From: Mustelus asterias
Lineage: Eukaryota
Direction: 5' to 3'
Length of the DNA: 64,000 nucleotides
NCBI RefSeq assembly: GCF_964213995.1
Contig: NC_135823.1
Span: forward strand, 3,224,001-3,288,000
Part shown: one piece after another, positions 11,982-24,869 of the stretch
Position numbering within the stretch: the first letter of the stretch is position 1
How the letters are laid out: every line of letters begins with the position of its first letter
Program-made: the position numbers and the translations under genes
The notes under the pieces: model-generated
Seen by the model: only the letters and a program-made list of their open reading frames with translations
Databases searched by the model: none
Told to the model about the DNA's origin: nothing

Positions 11982-13368
11982 GATGGTAATTATAGTCCGG
12001 TTATTCTTACATCGGTGGTTGGTAAATTGATGGAAATGGTCCTTAGGGATGGGATTTACGACCATTTAGAAAGATGCGGATTAATCCGGGATAGTCAGCA
12101 CGGATTCGTGAAGGGCAAGTCGTGCCTCACAAATTTGATTGAATTTTTTGAGGAGGTAACTAAGTGTGTTGATGAAGGTAAGGCAGTTGATGTCATATAC
12201 ATGGATTTTAGTAAGGCGTTTGATAAGGTCCCCCATGGTCGGCTTATGATGAAAGTAAGGAGGTGTGGGATAGAGGGAAAGTTGGCCGATTGGATCGGTA
12301 ACTGGCTATCTGATCGAAGACAGAGGGTGGTGGTGGATGGAAATTTTTCTGACTGGAGGCAGTTTGCTAGCGGAGTGACACAGGGATCAGTGCTTGGTCC
12401 TCTCCTCTTTGGGATTTTTATTAATGACTTAGAGGAGGGGGCTGAAGGGTGGATCAGTAAATTTGCTGATGACACCAAGATTGGTGGAGTAGTAGATGAG
12501 GTGGAGGGCTGTTGTAGGCTGCAAAGAGACATAGATAGGATGCAAAGCTGGGCTGAGAAATGGCAAATGGAGTTTAACCCTGATAAATGTGAGGTGATTC
12601 ATTTTGGTAGGACTAATTTAAATGAGGATTACAGGGTCAAATGTAAGGTTCTGAAGGCTGTGGAGGAACAGAGAGATCTTGGGGTCCATATCCACAGATC
12701 TCTAAAGGTTGCCACTCAAGTGGATAGAGCTGTGAAGAAGGCCTATAGTGTGTTAGCTTTTATTAACAGGGGGTTGGAGTTTAAGAGCCGTGGGGTTATG
12801 CTGCAACTGTACAGGACCTTGGTGAGACCACATTTGGAATATTGTGTGCAGTTCTGGTCACCTCACTATAAGAAGGATGTGGAAGCGCTGGAAAGAGTGC
12901 AGAGGAGATTGACCAGGATGCTGCCTGGTTTGGAGGGTAGGTCTTATGAGGAAAGGTTGAGGGAGCTAGGGCTGTTCTCTCTGGAGCGGAGGAAGCTGAG
13001 GGGAGACTTAATAGAGGTTTATAAAATGATGAAGGGGATAGATAGAGTGAACGTTCAAAGACTATTTCCTCGGGTGGATGGAGCTATTACAAGGGGGCAT
13101 AACTATAGGGTTCATGGTGGGAGATACAGGAAGGATATCAGAGGTAGATTCTTTACGCAGAGAGTGGTTGGGGTGTGGAATGGACTGCCTGCAGTGATAG
13201 TGGAGTCAGACACTTTAGGAACATTTAAGCGGTTATTGGATAGGCACATGGAGCACACCAGGATGATAGGGAGTGGGATAGCTTGATCTTGGTTTCAGAT
13301 AAAGCTCGGCACAACATCGTGGGCCGAAGGGCCTGTTCTGTGCTGTACTGTTCTATGTTCTATGTTCT
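11982..13368 (+). mobile_element. 5'-truncated young CR1 LINE with an uninterrupted 423-codon RT/C-terminal ORF
   Basis: ORF 12015..13286 with [57 protein letters not shown], and a (TTCTATG)n tail. Confidence 0.93.
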
Positions 13369-14384
13369 AGATTCCATATTGTTCCAGTGGCATTTGCCAA
13401 TTAAACATGACCATTCAGCAATTAGATGCCAGATGTTAAGTTGACCCTCCGCAGTTCTACTGATCTGTGTGTGTTAATTTCCTCTTTAACTGTGGTGAAT
13501 CCGCGATAGATGAAGTGGTTTAGGGGTGACTATTCATTGTGAAATTCAAAACAAATCCCTGGAACTACATAAAATCCCCAAAAAGTGATTACACGATGAC
13601 TGTCCAATTGATGCAATGCAGTACATGGATGGATGAAAACACATTGAAACAGTAAGACAGCTAACAAAAGTTAGAGCTTATAACAGACATAAACAGATCA
13701 ACTACTACATCAAACGGATACAAACTCTGACAAATGAATGAACACGTTTTGAAAGTGAAAGTTCAGATTGATTTGCTTATCAAAATCTATATGGAGTGGG
13801 TGGAATTTGCTACCACAGGGCATTGCGTTTTTGTTATTTCAGAGACTACTCTCTGATAATACTGCTGTTCAATATTAGAGGGGAAAGTAATGGTGAATAA
13901 TAACATAAATACATTTGTATTTTGCGGCTCACGATGCAGATAATAGACCCGGCGGGAACTGATTAGGGTGGAAATTTTCTGATAAGGGACAAGATGCTGC
14001 TTTGTCCATCAGACCTCACTGTTAAAGGTTCTACCTACTCCGGCCCTGTCGTTGTTCTAAACATGATAACTTAATCATTGTATATGCGTATGAATGTCGA
14101 CTGGGCAAGTGCCTTCAGGAAGCAAAGCATTATTTTTGCTGTTGGCATGAGCTAATAATTGTACTAGTCGAAAAGCTATCACAATATTGAACTGTAACTG
14201 ATCAGAAAGGCTGTCCAACAGTTTGTCTGAGCTCCTCTCTCCCTGGAATGATCTTGAAGAAACAGCTGGAGAGAAGTTCATTCTTGTCTGGTCTGTGGAG
14301 TCCTGGAAGAAGAATGTTCTCCGATTCAAACTTGTGCTCTGTGGGGAACAGGACTGAGATTCATCTCCAAGTTCGCCTTTCCAT

Positions 14385-14780
14385 GCTCCAACTGATACAA
14401 ACCCTGTATCTGGTACAGACAATCCAACTGATACAGACCATCCAACTGATACAGCGCACTCAACTGAATAAACCATCCAAATGACGCTGATCGTCCAACT
14501 GATACACACCCTCGAATTGATACCAAACTGACAACAAACATCCGACTGACACAGTCCATAGAAATTATGCAGAAAATCCAACTGATACACACAATCCAAC
14601 TGATACAGCCCATCCAACTCATGGAGTTCATAGAGATGATACAGATCATCAAACTGATACTGACTATTCAAATGATACAGGCCACGAAACTAATGTGGAC
14701 AATTGAACTGCGGCAGACAACCCATCTCTTAGAGACCATCCAAATGATACAGACCACCCAACTGATACAGCACATCCAAT
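14385..14780 (+). repeat. Degenerate 18-bp minisatellite (consensus ~CATCCAACTGATACAGAC)
   Basis: Repeated CCAACTGATACA cores at ~18-bp spacing. Explains the repetitive IQLIQT/YQLD ORFs. Confidence 0.75.
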
Positions 14781-14899
14781 TTTGTTTGTAATTTATCCAT
14801 ATCAACCTGATAAAACTCTGATTATATTCCCACTTGAATTTAACCTGCAACTCGAGCGTTTTAGTTTACTTATAAATGTCAATTAGTCATTCGTCAAAA

Positions 14900-15567
14900 A
14901 TCTCTCGAAAATCGGCCCCGCAGGTGCAGGAGGTGGTTAAGAAGGGGTATAGTGTGCTGGCCTTTATCAATCGATGGATTGAGTTTAGGAGTCCGGGGAT
15001 AATGACGCAGCTATATAAGACCCTCGTCAGACCCCAATTGGAGTACTGTGCTCAGTTCTGGTTGCCTCATTACAGGAAGGATGTGGAAAAGATTGAAAGG
15101 GTGCAGAGGAGATTTACAAGGATGTTGCCTGGATTGGGTGGCATGCCTTATGAGGATAGACTGAGGGAGCTCGGTCTTTTCTCCTTGGAGAGACGTAGGA
15201 TGAAATGAGACCTAATAGAGGTATATAAGATGTTGAGAGGCATAGAGCGAGTGGACTCTCAGAGCCTTTTCCCCAGGGTGGAAATGGCTGCTACGAGGGG
15301 ACACAGGTTTAAGGTGCTGGGGGGTAGGTACAGGGGAAATGTGAGGGGAAAGTTTTTCACACAGAGTGTGGTGGACGAGTGGAATCGGTTGCCGTCAGTG
15401 ATGGTGGAGGCAAACTCAATACGGTCTTTTAAGAGACTCCTGGATGAGTACATGGGACTTAATAGGATGGAGGGTTATAGGTAGGCCTAGAGGGTACGGA
15501 TATGTTCGGCACAACATGTGGGGCCGAAGGGCCTGTTTTGTGCTGTAGTGTTTCTATGTTTCTATGT
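14900..15567 (+). mobile_element. Young CR1 subfamily 1, 3' end
   Basis: ORFs 14876..15208 and 15230..15484, and a TTTCTATG tail. Confidence 0.85.
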
Positions 15568-15874
15568 CATAACTCGTTCTCCCAGGATCCTATTTAGAAA
15601 ATTCAAAAGGCATTTTGCAGTTCAGCCACTTAAGTACCCCGCTGTACAAACTGCTGAGTGCAGTCTACTCGTTTTGGTTGCCTTTGGATTTACAAACACT
15701 AACCTAATAAGGGATGTTTTTTTTTAATATTCCCACACGACCCCCAAACTTTCTGATTAATCAGATATTAATTGCTGACAAAACGAAATGCTGACGGGGA
15801 AAAATGTATTTGTATTTTTGCATTGCGATAAGGTGCAAAACGTGCACTGGATTCAGAAGTCACGAATTCAAGCC

Positions 15875-16216
15875 TGCGATGGCCGAGTGATTATCGCTGG
15901 ACTATTATTCCAGAAACTCAGCTATTAGTCTGAAGACACGATGGCAGGTGGCGGAATTTGAATTCATCAAAAAAAAAATCTGGAACTATAGATCTGCTGA
16001 TGATCATGAAACCATTGTCAATTGTCAGGGGGGAAAGCATCTGGTTCACAAATGTCCTTTAAAGAATGATGGCTGCCGTCCTCAACCAATCTGCCCTATA
16101 TGTAACTCCAGAGCCACAGGAATGTGGTTGGCTCTCAACTCCCTCCGGGCAACTTGGGTTGGGAAATAAATGCTGGCCACCCAGCGTCGCCCATGTCCCA
16201 CGGTTAAATGAATAAA
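15875..16216 (+). mobile_element. Second SINE family copy
   Basis: GGTGGCGGAATTTGAATTC head region and an AATAAATGCTGGCC...GCCCATGTCCCA tail. Matches 7695-8095. Confidence 0.65.
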
Positions 16217-16314
16217 TTCAATGAACATTTCCAGGACATTAAACAGTTAATGGAAATTTAATAACAAAATAAATTACAGCTTAAACTCAGATAGAGTCAT
16301 AGAGTCGTAAAGAT

Positions 16315-17025
16315 TTACAGCACGACGCAACACTGCCATGACAACTTCTGCAAGACATGCCGGATCATCTCCATGGATACCACAATCACACGTAAGAACA
16401 CAACCCACCACTTACACGGTAGATACTCAAGCGACTTGGCGACCTCATCTTCTGCAGGAAAGCATGTCCTGAGGCGTGGTACATCAGCGAGATTATGCAG
16501 ACGCCAGGATAATGGACGAACAGACACTGCACGGCAATTGCCAGGCAAGTGTGTGCCCTTCCAGTCGGGAAACACTTCACCAGTCAAGGGTAGTCAGCAT
16601 CCGATCTTCCGGTAAGTGTTCTCCAAGGCACACGACAATGCAGAATCGCCACGCAGAAACTGACAGCCAAGTTGCGCACGCCTGAGGACGGCCTCAACTG
16701 GGTTCTTGGGATCATGTTAAACTACATGTAACCCCCAACATTTTGCCTGGGCTTGCATAATCCTACTAACTGTCCTGGCTTCAGACAATTCACACCTCTT
16801 TATCCTGTGGTCATCCCTCTTTCCACTGACACTGCCTGTACCTCTAAAGACTCGATTATCTGACAATACTCACATTTCAAACATTGTCGTGGAATTATGT
16901 CTTTGTCCACATATGCAGTATTTGTGAAACATACCTCTCCACACACCTGGCGAATGAGCAGCGTTCCGAATGCTCATGAATACAAATAAACCTGTTGGAA
17001 TTTGACCTGGTGTGAGACTTGTTAC
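16315..17025 (+). mobile_element. Penelope-like element 3' fragment (GIY-YIG endonuclease remnant plus terminal repeat)
   Basis: Broken translation CKTCRIISMDTTITR...HGRYSSD...CRKACPEAWYISE...LPVGKHF...QKLTAKLRTPEDGLN, followed by an AAATAAACCTGTTGGA...ACCTGGTG end. Confidence 0.75.
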
Positions 17026-17034
17026 TCAAGGAAC

Positions 17035-17480
17035 TGAGTTAAAGGCAGAGATTGGACAGGCTAGAACTTATTTCTTTGGAGCGTAGAATACTGAAGGGTG
17101 GTCTTATAGCGGTGTATAATCTCATGAGAGGCATGGATAGTGTGAATGCACTGAGTCTGTTTCCCAGGGTTGGGAAATCTATAACTAGAGAGCATTGGTT
17201 GAAGTTAAAAGGGGGAACAATTAACGGGAACCTGCGGAATAACCTTTTTACACAGAGGGTGTTAGCATGTGAAATGAACAGCCTGAGGATGTGGTTGAGG
17301 CATGGATATTGAGAACATTTCAAAGGCACTTGCAGAGACTCATAGATAGGAAAGGTTTAGAGGGATGCGGGCCAAATGCAGGCAAATGCAATCAGCTTAG
17401 ATGGGTTCTTTGTTCGGCATGGATTAGTTGGGACTGAAAGTCCTGTCTCTGTGACATATATTCTGCGATTCTATGATTCT
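17035..17480 (+). mobile_element. Degraded CR1 3' end
   Basis: ORF 17052..17312 (SLERRILKGGLIAVY...FTQRV). Confidence 0.75.
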
Positions 17481-17774
17481 AATAAGCAGCCCAGATTGGC
17501 CGATGGCCTCTTCCAATTTTTACTTTCTATATTCATCAGTTTCTATCCCACAAACAACGGATTATATATAAGTTTGGTTGTCCTGCCATATCCAGACGTG
17601 AATGGAGGTGGACAATCACGCAGCTCACTGGAGCAGGACACTCAATAAATGTCCCCATCCTCAGCGATGGAGGAGCACCACAGTGAAAAAAAAACATAAG
17701 GCTGATGCATTCGCTAAAACTTTCAAACAGAATTTGATTTCATGATCTGCCTTGCCCTCTTCAAATAAGTTGAA

Positions 17775-17984
17775 GTGGGCACCCAGACTTCCAGTCGCTT
17801 ATTGCACAACCGTCTGGTCACTTGCCCTTTTCAGTTGGTACCTTGCCCACATGCACACATGTCCTTCCTTTGCCTTCTGCAATGTTACAGTGAAGTTCGC
17901 TGCAAGCTGAAGGAAATTCTGTCAATCTTCCAGATAAGCTCTTTGCAGCTCTTGGCACTGAAATATGACATTGACAGCTTTTGA
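17775..17984 (+). mobile_element. Second Penelope-like GIY-YIG C-terminal remnant
   Basis: PCPHAHMSFLCLLQCYSEVRCKLKEILSIFQISSLQLLALKYDIDSF resembles the RKLEEQHLIFRLGTLQPxGLNIEF end of PLE endonucleases. Confidence 0.6.
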
Positions 17985-19321
17985 TTGTCATCTTTCTCGT
18001 CATTTTTCCAAATATTCCATGCATGTATTCGCACAAGGCAAGCGATATCCCCTCCCCCAGGAGGCCATCTGCCTTTTGTTCTTTATGATTAATCATGTTG
18101 TTGCATTCTCTCTTCTTTCAGGCACAACACATTCCCCCTCTCTTTGGTGCCAACGAGGAGTCGAAAGGACTCGGAGCTCCAGCCTTCCTCTGTTCCCTTG
18201 CCAGAATTGCTGCATCTTTATAGCATTTTTTGTCTTTGTTGAAGATTCCAGCTTCCACAATATTCTGCTCATGGAATTGAACTTGTGTTGTACTATGTAT
18301 TTCAGGGTGCGGTTCAGGAGGCTAAGTGTCCAGTCTTCAGGCATGGTAGTGGACATTTGCCAACATCGTGTACAGTGCATGGTCAGAGCTGAGAAACGTT
18401 TTGATTCCCGTACATCCGCCGCCACCCTCAGCCCGCCCTCTCCCCGCCCATGCAAGGAAGGCAGAGACAATTTGAGTGATAGCACAGAATTTAAATGCGC
18501 CGGGAACACAGTCTAAATAATTGGGATTGGCTACAAAGCAATTACAATTGAAACAATTGTAATAGGATAAAGACACGATAAAGCTTGTATTTAATTTATT
18601 ATAAAAGGAAAGAAGAGAGAAGCAAAGGGAAGACAGAGAAACAATGACATAACAAAATGAAAGAGAGAGAGGCAAAGGGGTGTGTGAGAGAGAGCAGCAA
18701 TGACAAAAGAAAGGTAAAAGAGGGCGAGAGGCCATGATGGATCAAAAGCAAAGAGGTAATTGGAAAGGAAAGAGAGGAAACAGCAATGGGAAAAAAGAGC
18801 CTTTTGAATTTCAGGAACTGGACTGCAAAGCGAATGTAGAAAAAATCTGAGAATTCGTAAGAGTGCATAAGAAAATCATTCGGACCAATGGGTCTTCACC
18901 GACCCAGGCCCTTTCTCCCAATCTATAACCGTAACACCACACATTTCACATGGTTAATTCATCTCTTTTACAGATCTTGGGACACTCAGAGGTAATTTAA
19001 CATGGCTATTCCAACCAGCCTGCACAGCTTTGATTCATCAGAAAATGGTGGTGGCAAGGGCAAACATGAGAAAATTGCCTGACTGATAGCAGAAAAGGCA
19101 GATGTTTCTGAATTAAGTCATAAATCAAGATTTATTATTCGCCATCAAGTTCAATTGCTGAATATTGGAAACTGGGTCACAAAAAAATCTGCAGGCAGTC
19201 AAGACAAACGAGGTCTCCTTGAGGATAGCAAAGGAAATTTGCCCCTGGTTAAAAAGGAAACATATGAGGGTCGAAGAGAGAGGGCAAATATTAAGGGCTT
19301 CATACTTTGTCAGCGGAATCA

Positions 19322-21225
19322 TTCAAAGAACAAAGAACATTACAGCACAGAAACAGGCCCTTCGGCCCCCCAAACCTGCACCGACCATATTTGCTGACTT
19401 AAATAAGACCCCCGACCCCTCCAGGGACCATATCCCACTATTCCCATCCTATTCATGTTGCTGTCAAGATGCGCCTCAAAAGTCACTACTGTATCCGCTT
19501 TCATGACCTCCACCGGCAACGAGTTCCAGGCACCAACCAAACTCTGTGTAAAAAATCTGCCCAAAGCATTTCCTTTAAAACTTGCCCCTCGCACCCTAAA
19601 GCTGTGCCCCCTAGTAATTGAATCTTCCACCCTGGAAAAACGTTTCTGACTGTCCTTTCTATCCATGATTCTCATAATGTTGTAGAATTCTATCAGGTCG
19701 CCCCGCAACCTCCGTCATCCCAGTGAGATCAAACTAAGTTTCTCCAACCTCTCCTCATAGCTAATGCCCTCCATACCAGGCAACATCCTTCTAAATCTTG
19801 TCTGTACCCTCTCTAAAACCTCCACATCCTTCTGGTAGTGTGGCGACCAGAATTGAATACAATATTCCAAGTGCATTCCAACTAAGGTTCTATAAAGCTA
19901 CCTTTGTACTACGGGGCATAGAGTATAAAAGTTGGGGTCTGCAGTTGCAGTTGTATAGAACGTTGGTTCGGCCGCATTTGGAATACTGCGCCAGTTCTGG
20001 TCGCCACACTACCGGAAGGACGTGGAGGCTTTAGATAGAGTGCAGAGGAAGTTTACCAGGATGTTGCCTGGTATGGAAGGGCTTAGTTATGAGGAGAGAT
20101 TGGGTAAACTGGGCTTGTTCTCACTGGAAAGACGGAGGATGAGGGGTGACCTACTAGAGGTGTATAAAAATATGAAAGGCATAGATAGTGTGAACGGTGG
20201 GAAGCTTTTTCCCAGGTCGGTGGTGACATTCACGAGGGGTCATAGGTTCAAGGTGAGGGGCGGGGGGAGGTTTAACACGGATATCAGAAGGACGTATTTT
20301 GCACAGAGGATGGTGGGGGGCTGGAATGCACTGCTGGGCAAGGCGGTGGAGGCGGACACACTGGGAATGTTTAAGACTTATCCAGATAGCCACATAAATG
20401 GAGTGGGAATGGAGGGATACAAAAGAATGGTCCAGTTTGGACCAGGGCGTGGCGCGGGCTTGGAGGGCCGAAGGGACTGTTCCTGTCCTGTATTGTTCTT
20501 TGTTCATTGTTCTTTGTTCTTTTTGCCTGGATTGAGTGGCATGCCTTATGAGGATAGGCTGAGGGAGCTCGGTCTTTTCTCATTGGAGAGACGTAGGATG
20601 AGAGGAGACCTAATAGAGGTATATAAGATGTTGAGAGGCATAGATCGGGTGGACTCTCAGCGGCGTTTTCCCAGGGTGGAAATGGCTGCTCCGAGAGGAC
20701 ACAGGTTTAAGGTGACGGGGGGTAGGTACAGGGGAAATGTTAGGGGGAAGGTTTTCACACAGAGGGTGGTGGGCGAGTGGAATCAGCTGCCGTCAGTGGT
20801 GGTGGAGGCAAACTCAATAGGGTATTTTAAGAGACTCCTGGATGAGTACATGGGACTTAATAGGATGGAGGGTTATAGGTAGGCCTAAAAGGTAGGGATA
20901 TGTTCGGCACAACTTGTGGGGCCGAAGGGCCTGTTTTGTGCTGTAGTTTTACTATGTTTCTATGTTAACATGACTTGCCAATTTTTAAACTCAAAGCCAC
21001 GGCCGATGAAGGCAAGCATGCCATATGCCTTCTACACTACCTTCTCCACCTGCATTGCCACTTTCAATGACCTGTGCATCTGACACCCAGATCCATTTGC
21101 CGATCAATCCTCTTAAGGGTTCTGCCATTTACTGTGTATTTCCTATCTGCGTTAGGCCTTCCAAAATGCATTACCTCGCATTGGTCCGGATTAAACTTCA
21201 TCTGCCATCTCTCTGCCCAAGTCTC
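19322..21225 (-). mobile_element. CR1 (minus) interrupted by two tandem young plus-strand CR1 3' ends (19900-20520 subfamily 2; 20524-20965 subfamily 1)
   Basis: The minus element breaks at GTTCTATAAAGCT (~19898) and resumes at AACATGACTTGCC (~20967). The inserts have TTCTTTG and TTTCTATG tails. Confidence 0.8.
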
Positions 21226-21706
21226 AGTGAGGTCGTTATATTCACTCTTGTTGAAGATGCTCATTGACTGGAAGTTGTGTAGATGTTACTTGCCACTTAT
21301 CAGCCCAATCCTGTGTATTCTGTTGGTATTACTGGCTTTATGTTGTTTCTGCCTCAGGATATGCCCATTTCGATGCAATCGATTGGTTTGCTGAAGAATA
21401 CATAAATAGACTTGATGGCAATATGTTATACTCAATCTGGTCAATGCATGTTGTTCAGCTCCACTCATGTTTCCTTCCATCCCTCTTTGCTTCGGATGTT
21501 ACAGTTGCAAAACATAATTGTGGCGTCATTTAGCTTTTGCAATTGACGGTGGTCCAAAAGTTTCAACAGATTCAACTCTGATTTATCACAGTTATTTTCT
21601 CTGATGGTTTCCAACAGCTTTTATTGAGGTACTGGTGTGGTAAATGGAGGGAAAGGAAGGGGGCACTGCTTTTGGAGCAAAAGAAAGTCTCTCTCTTTAG
21701 CACAGT

Positions 21707-22035
21707 TGGTCGGCACTGTGGCACAGCGGTTAACACCGCTGTCTCACAGTACGAGGATGCCAGGTCCAATTCTGACCTTGCATCACTGTCTGTGTGGGGT
21801 TTCCGCATTTTCCACGTGCCTGCGTGGGTTTCCACTGGGTGCTCTGGTTTCCACCACAGTCCAAAACGTGTGGGTTAGGTTGATTGGCCAGGCTAAATTG
21901 ATCTTAGTGTCAGGGGGATCAGTAGTGTAAATATGTGAGATTATGTGAATAGGGCCTGGGCGCGTTTGTGGCCTTTGCAGACTCGATGGGCCGAATGGCC
22001 TTCTTCTGCACTGTAGGGTTTCTTAAATTCTATGA
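21707..22035 (+). mobile_element. HE1-type SINE
   Basis: GGCACTGTGGCACAGCGGTT head, GGGTTTCCACTGGGTGCTCTGGTTTCC core, GACTCGATGGGCCGAATGGCC tail. Confidence 0.8.
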
Positions 22036-23898
22036 TAAATGTTGCAGACAAAAATGCAAAATGAGAACAGTTTTCAAAGTTCTTCTTTCCTGGGTCAGAA
22101 CAGTCAAACAGGAAATAAAAGCTGTAAAGATTTTAAAAATAAATCTGTGCCATGAAATGTTTAACTGAGTTTTTAAAACTGAGAAAATTGGCTTGGAAAC
22201 ACTAAAACAAGTCCTCAAAATTCATTGTGTATGGTTACGTTTTATGCACTCCCCTTTGTAAAGGGGTTACCGCCGATCACCTGCAACAAATTAACATATT
22301 TCTGTCTGGCAGACACACCAACTGGAAAGAGCAGCTACAAATCTCCAGTAGGGAATGAGTAGCAGAGTTCATGTAGTGTTTGGTGATAAAAAGCGAATGC
22401 AACGTTGCAGAGAAGGTCGCTCAATCCTTTGTACAATATTGTGCAATATTTACCTTAAACGATTCGGTACCCTGGTGCCTTGAAACCGGCACAGAACAGC
22501 GCCTGCAGTAGTTGTGAGCTGCCAGACGGTGGTGGCATTTCATCATTTTAATCATAAGATGGTCAAACAAGTTTGAGGATACGAGGCCTTGAATCTGTTT
22601 AATTCATTGATACAGAGACAAGAGAGAAGAAAAACCTTTAATAAAGCCACACACACACACAAAACTTTATCAATCTGTTTTCTCTTGGACATTGTCACAA
22701 TTGCACTCGGTGACATAGTGAGTACAAAAACATACATGAAATGATGTGACTGGAAAATGGTAGTTAGGCCACAGATGGAATTGTGCGTATATTTCTGGCG
22801 ATTGCCTTGCAGGGAGCACAAAACTGCTCTTAAGACAATGCAGTGGATGTTTACAAGATTGCCGCGATGGCATGAAGAATTATGAGGGGAGATTGATGAG
22901 GCTCGAGCCATGTTCCTTAGAACTGAAAAGCCTCAGCTGTGACCAGTCGAGATGTACACAGTGATCAGGGATGGAATTCGGATAGTCAGCGAAATTGTGT
23001 TTACCCTCGCTGAGGGGTATGTGACCAGAGTGCATAGTTTCATAGTGATTGGTAGAAGCATGAGAGGGCGCGTGATGATAGCATTTTCACCCAACGGGTG
23101 TTGGGTATTTGAAATCCTTTGCCTAAGTTGCTGATTAAAGTTGAAACGTTCAACTCATTTAAAAGTCTGCATCTGAAGTTCTGGAATTTGGAAGGCTACG
23201 GAGTATGCTGAATGGTGAGAATTGAAGTAGCAGCTCCTTTATTTCCTGTCTTTCTGATCTGGTGAAGATACGATAGACTGAATGGCTTCTTTCTACACCG
23301 TAACGTTTCTACGTTTTTATGGTTCTCGTGTAACATTTAAATAAATAAACGCTGCACTGTCAATATACATTTCTTAAAGAGAACCACGAGGCACTGAGGG
23401 AGGACATTCATTCCATATTGCTTGGACTAGTTATTTTGAAGATCTGTCCAATCAGTTCGCAATCTGATCTTCTCCCCTTCAGCTGTTTACCAGATTCCAC
23501 CTTGAAATACATGACTGAATCTGCTTTCATTTTCCTTTCAGGTAACAAGACCCAGGCACCACATTCTGACGACAACAACTGATTATATAAAAATAAAACT
23601 TTTCTCACCTCTCTGGTTCATTTACTGATTACACTCAACCGAAGTCCCTCTTGTCACCTACGCTCCTGCCAGTGGTGGTATTTGATCTGGCCAACCCCTT
23701 CTCCACTCTATCTGGATATCAGAAGAGATGGAAAAATGCAGAGTCACTGAAATAGCTCATTGACAGTGACCAAGATTGGGCCCATCCAAATTTCCCTGAG
23801 AACCCACAGTTATTCTGTTACTCACTCTGAGCATTTGAGCTGTCAGGTATGCAGATTGAATGCCGGCCTTTTTTTATTAATAAATACAAGATTAAATA

Positions 23899-24105
23899 CA
23901 GTCCAAAGATGTGCGGGTTAGGTTGATTGGCCATGCTAAAATTGCCCATTCCTGTCCTGAGATGCATAGGTTAGAGGGATTAGTGGGTAAATATGTAGGA
24001 ACATGGGGGTAGGGCCTAGGTGGGATTGTAGCCGGTGCAGACTCGATGGGCCGAATGGCCTCTTTCTGTATTGTAGGGTTTCTGTGATTCTATGATTCTA
24101 TGATT
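23899..24105 (+). mobile_element. 5'-truncated HE1-type SINE
   Basis: CAGTCCAAAGATGTGCGGGTTAGGTTGATTGG through a (TTCTATGA)n tail. Confidence 0.8.
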
Positions 24106-24869
24106 AGCGATAGGGCACTTTACTTTTTAGTCAGCCCTCCGTGGTATTCCTGTTTATTGCAGGTCACACATTGGGTATCCGTAAACTCGTCATGAGCTCG
24201 CTTTAATTGTGCAACACTTGGAATACCGAACACAGTTCTCCGTATTCGAACATGCACAGAGAGACATTGCAAAATGTGCGGTCGAGGTTTCACAAGAATT
24301 ATACCAGAACTGAGAGATGATAGCTATCAAGAAAGAATAAATAGGTTGGACATCTTTCCTGTGAAAGAAGAGGATTGAGGACGACAAAATCATGAAATGG
24401 GTTAAGAAGGCATGCGTTTGGAAGATAATTCTAACTGATTTAGAGTTTTAAGGAAGAGGTCACCAATATGATATATTCATTGCTAAATCCAATGTGGAAT
24501 TCAGAAGAAATGTTTCACTGAGAGAATCAGGGGAAGGTGGAACTCGTGACTGCACGAAGTGGTTGAGGTGAAGAACAGACATGTACAGCAGAGGGAAGTT
24601 GGGTAAAGTCAAAGGGAACACAAAGGTAGAAACACTGTTAAAGAGAGAGCTGAAAATTGAGTGGGAGATATCTCGTTCGGGAGGAAAAGTAGAATCAGGG
24701 AGCAAAACCGCTGATTTGTTGGTTTCTGTGCTGTACAGGTGATGCAATTATATTGTCAGAAATAAATTGAAATTTGTGCAGAGCCAACGCTGTAAAGAGA
24801 TGTATCATATTGCAGTTAGTACTGCCTCTTTTTATTCTCCAGCGTACTTATGTATCTGTCCCTGAATAT

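Noticed and set aside
12015-13286. 423-aa ORF as a host gene or autonomous element
   Set aside because: 5'-truncated CR1 ORF2 with no endonuclease domain or promoter.
17965-18516. Overlapping 183-aa (+) and 138-aa (-) ORFs with a strong acceptor near 18121
   Set aside because: No recognisable domain, no matching donor and no link to either gene.
20022-20882. 286-aa ORF with an internal duplication
   Set aside because: It is two different CR1 3' ends sitting head-to-tail in frame, not a gene.
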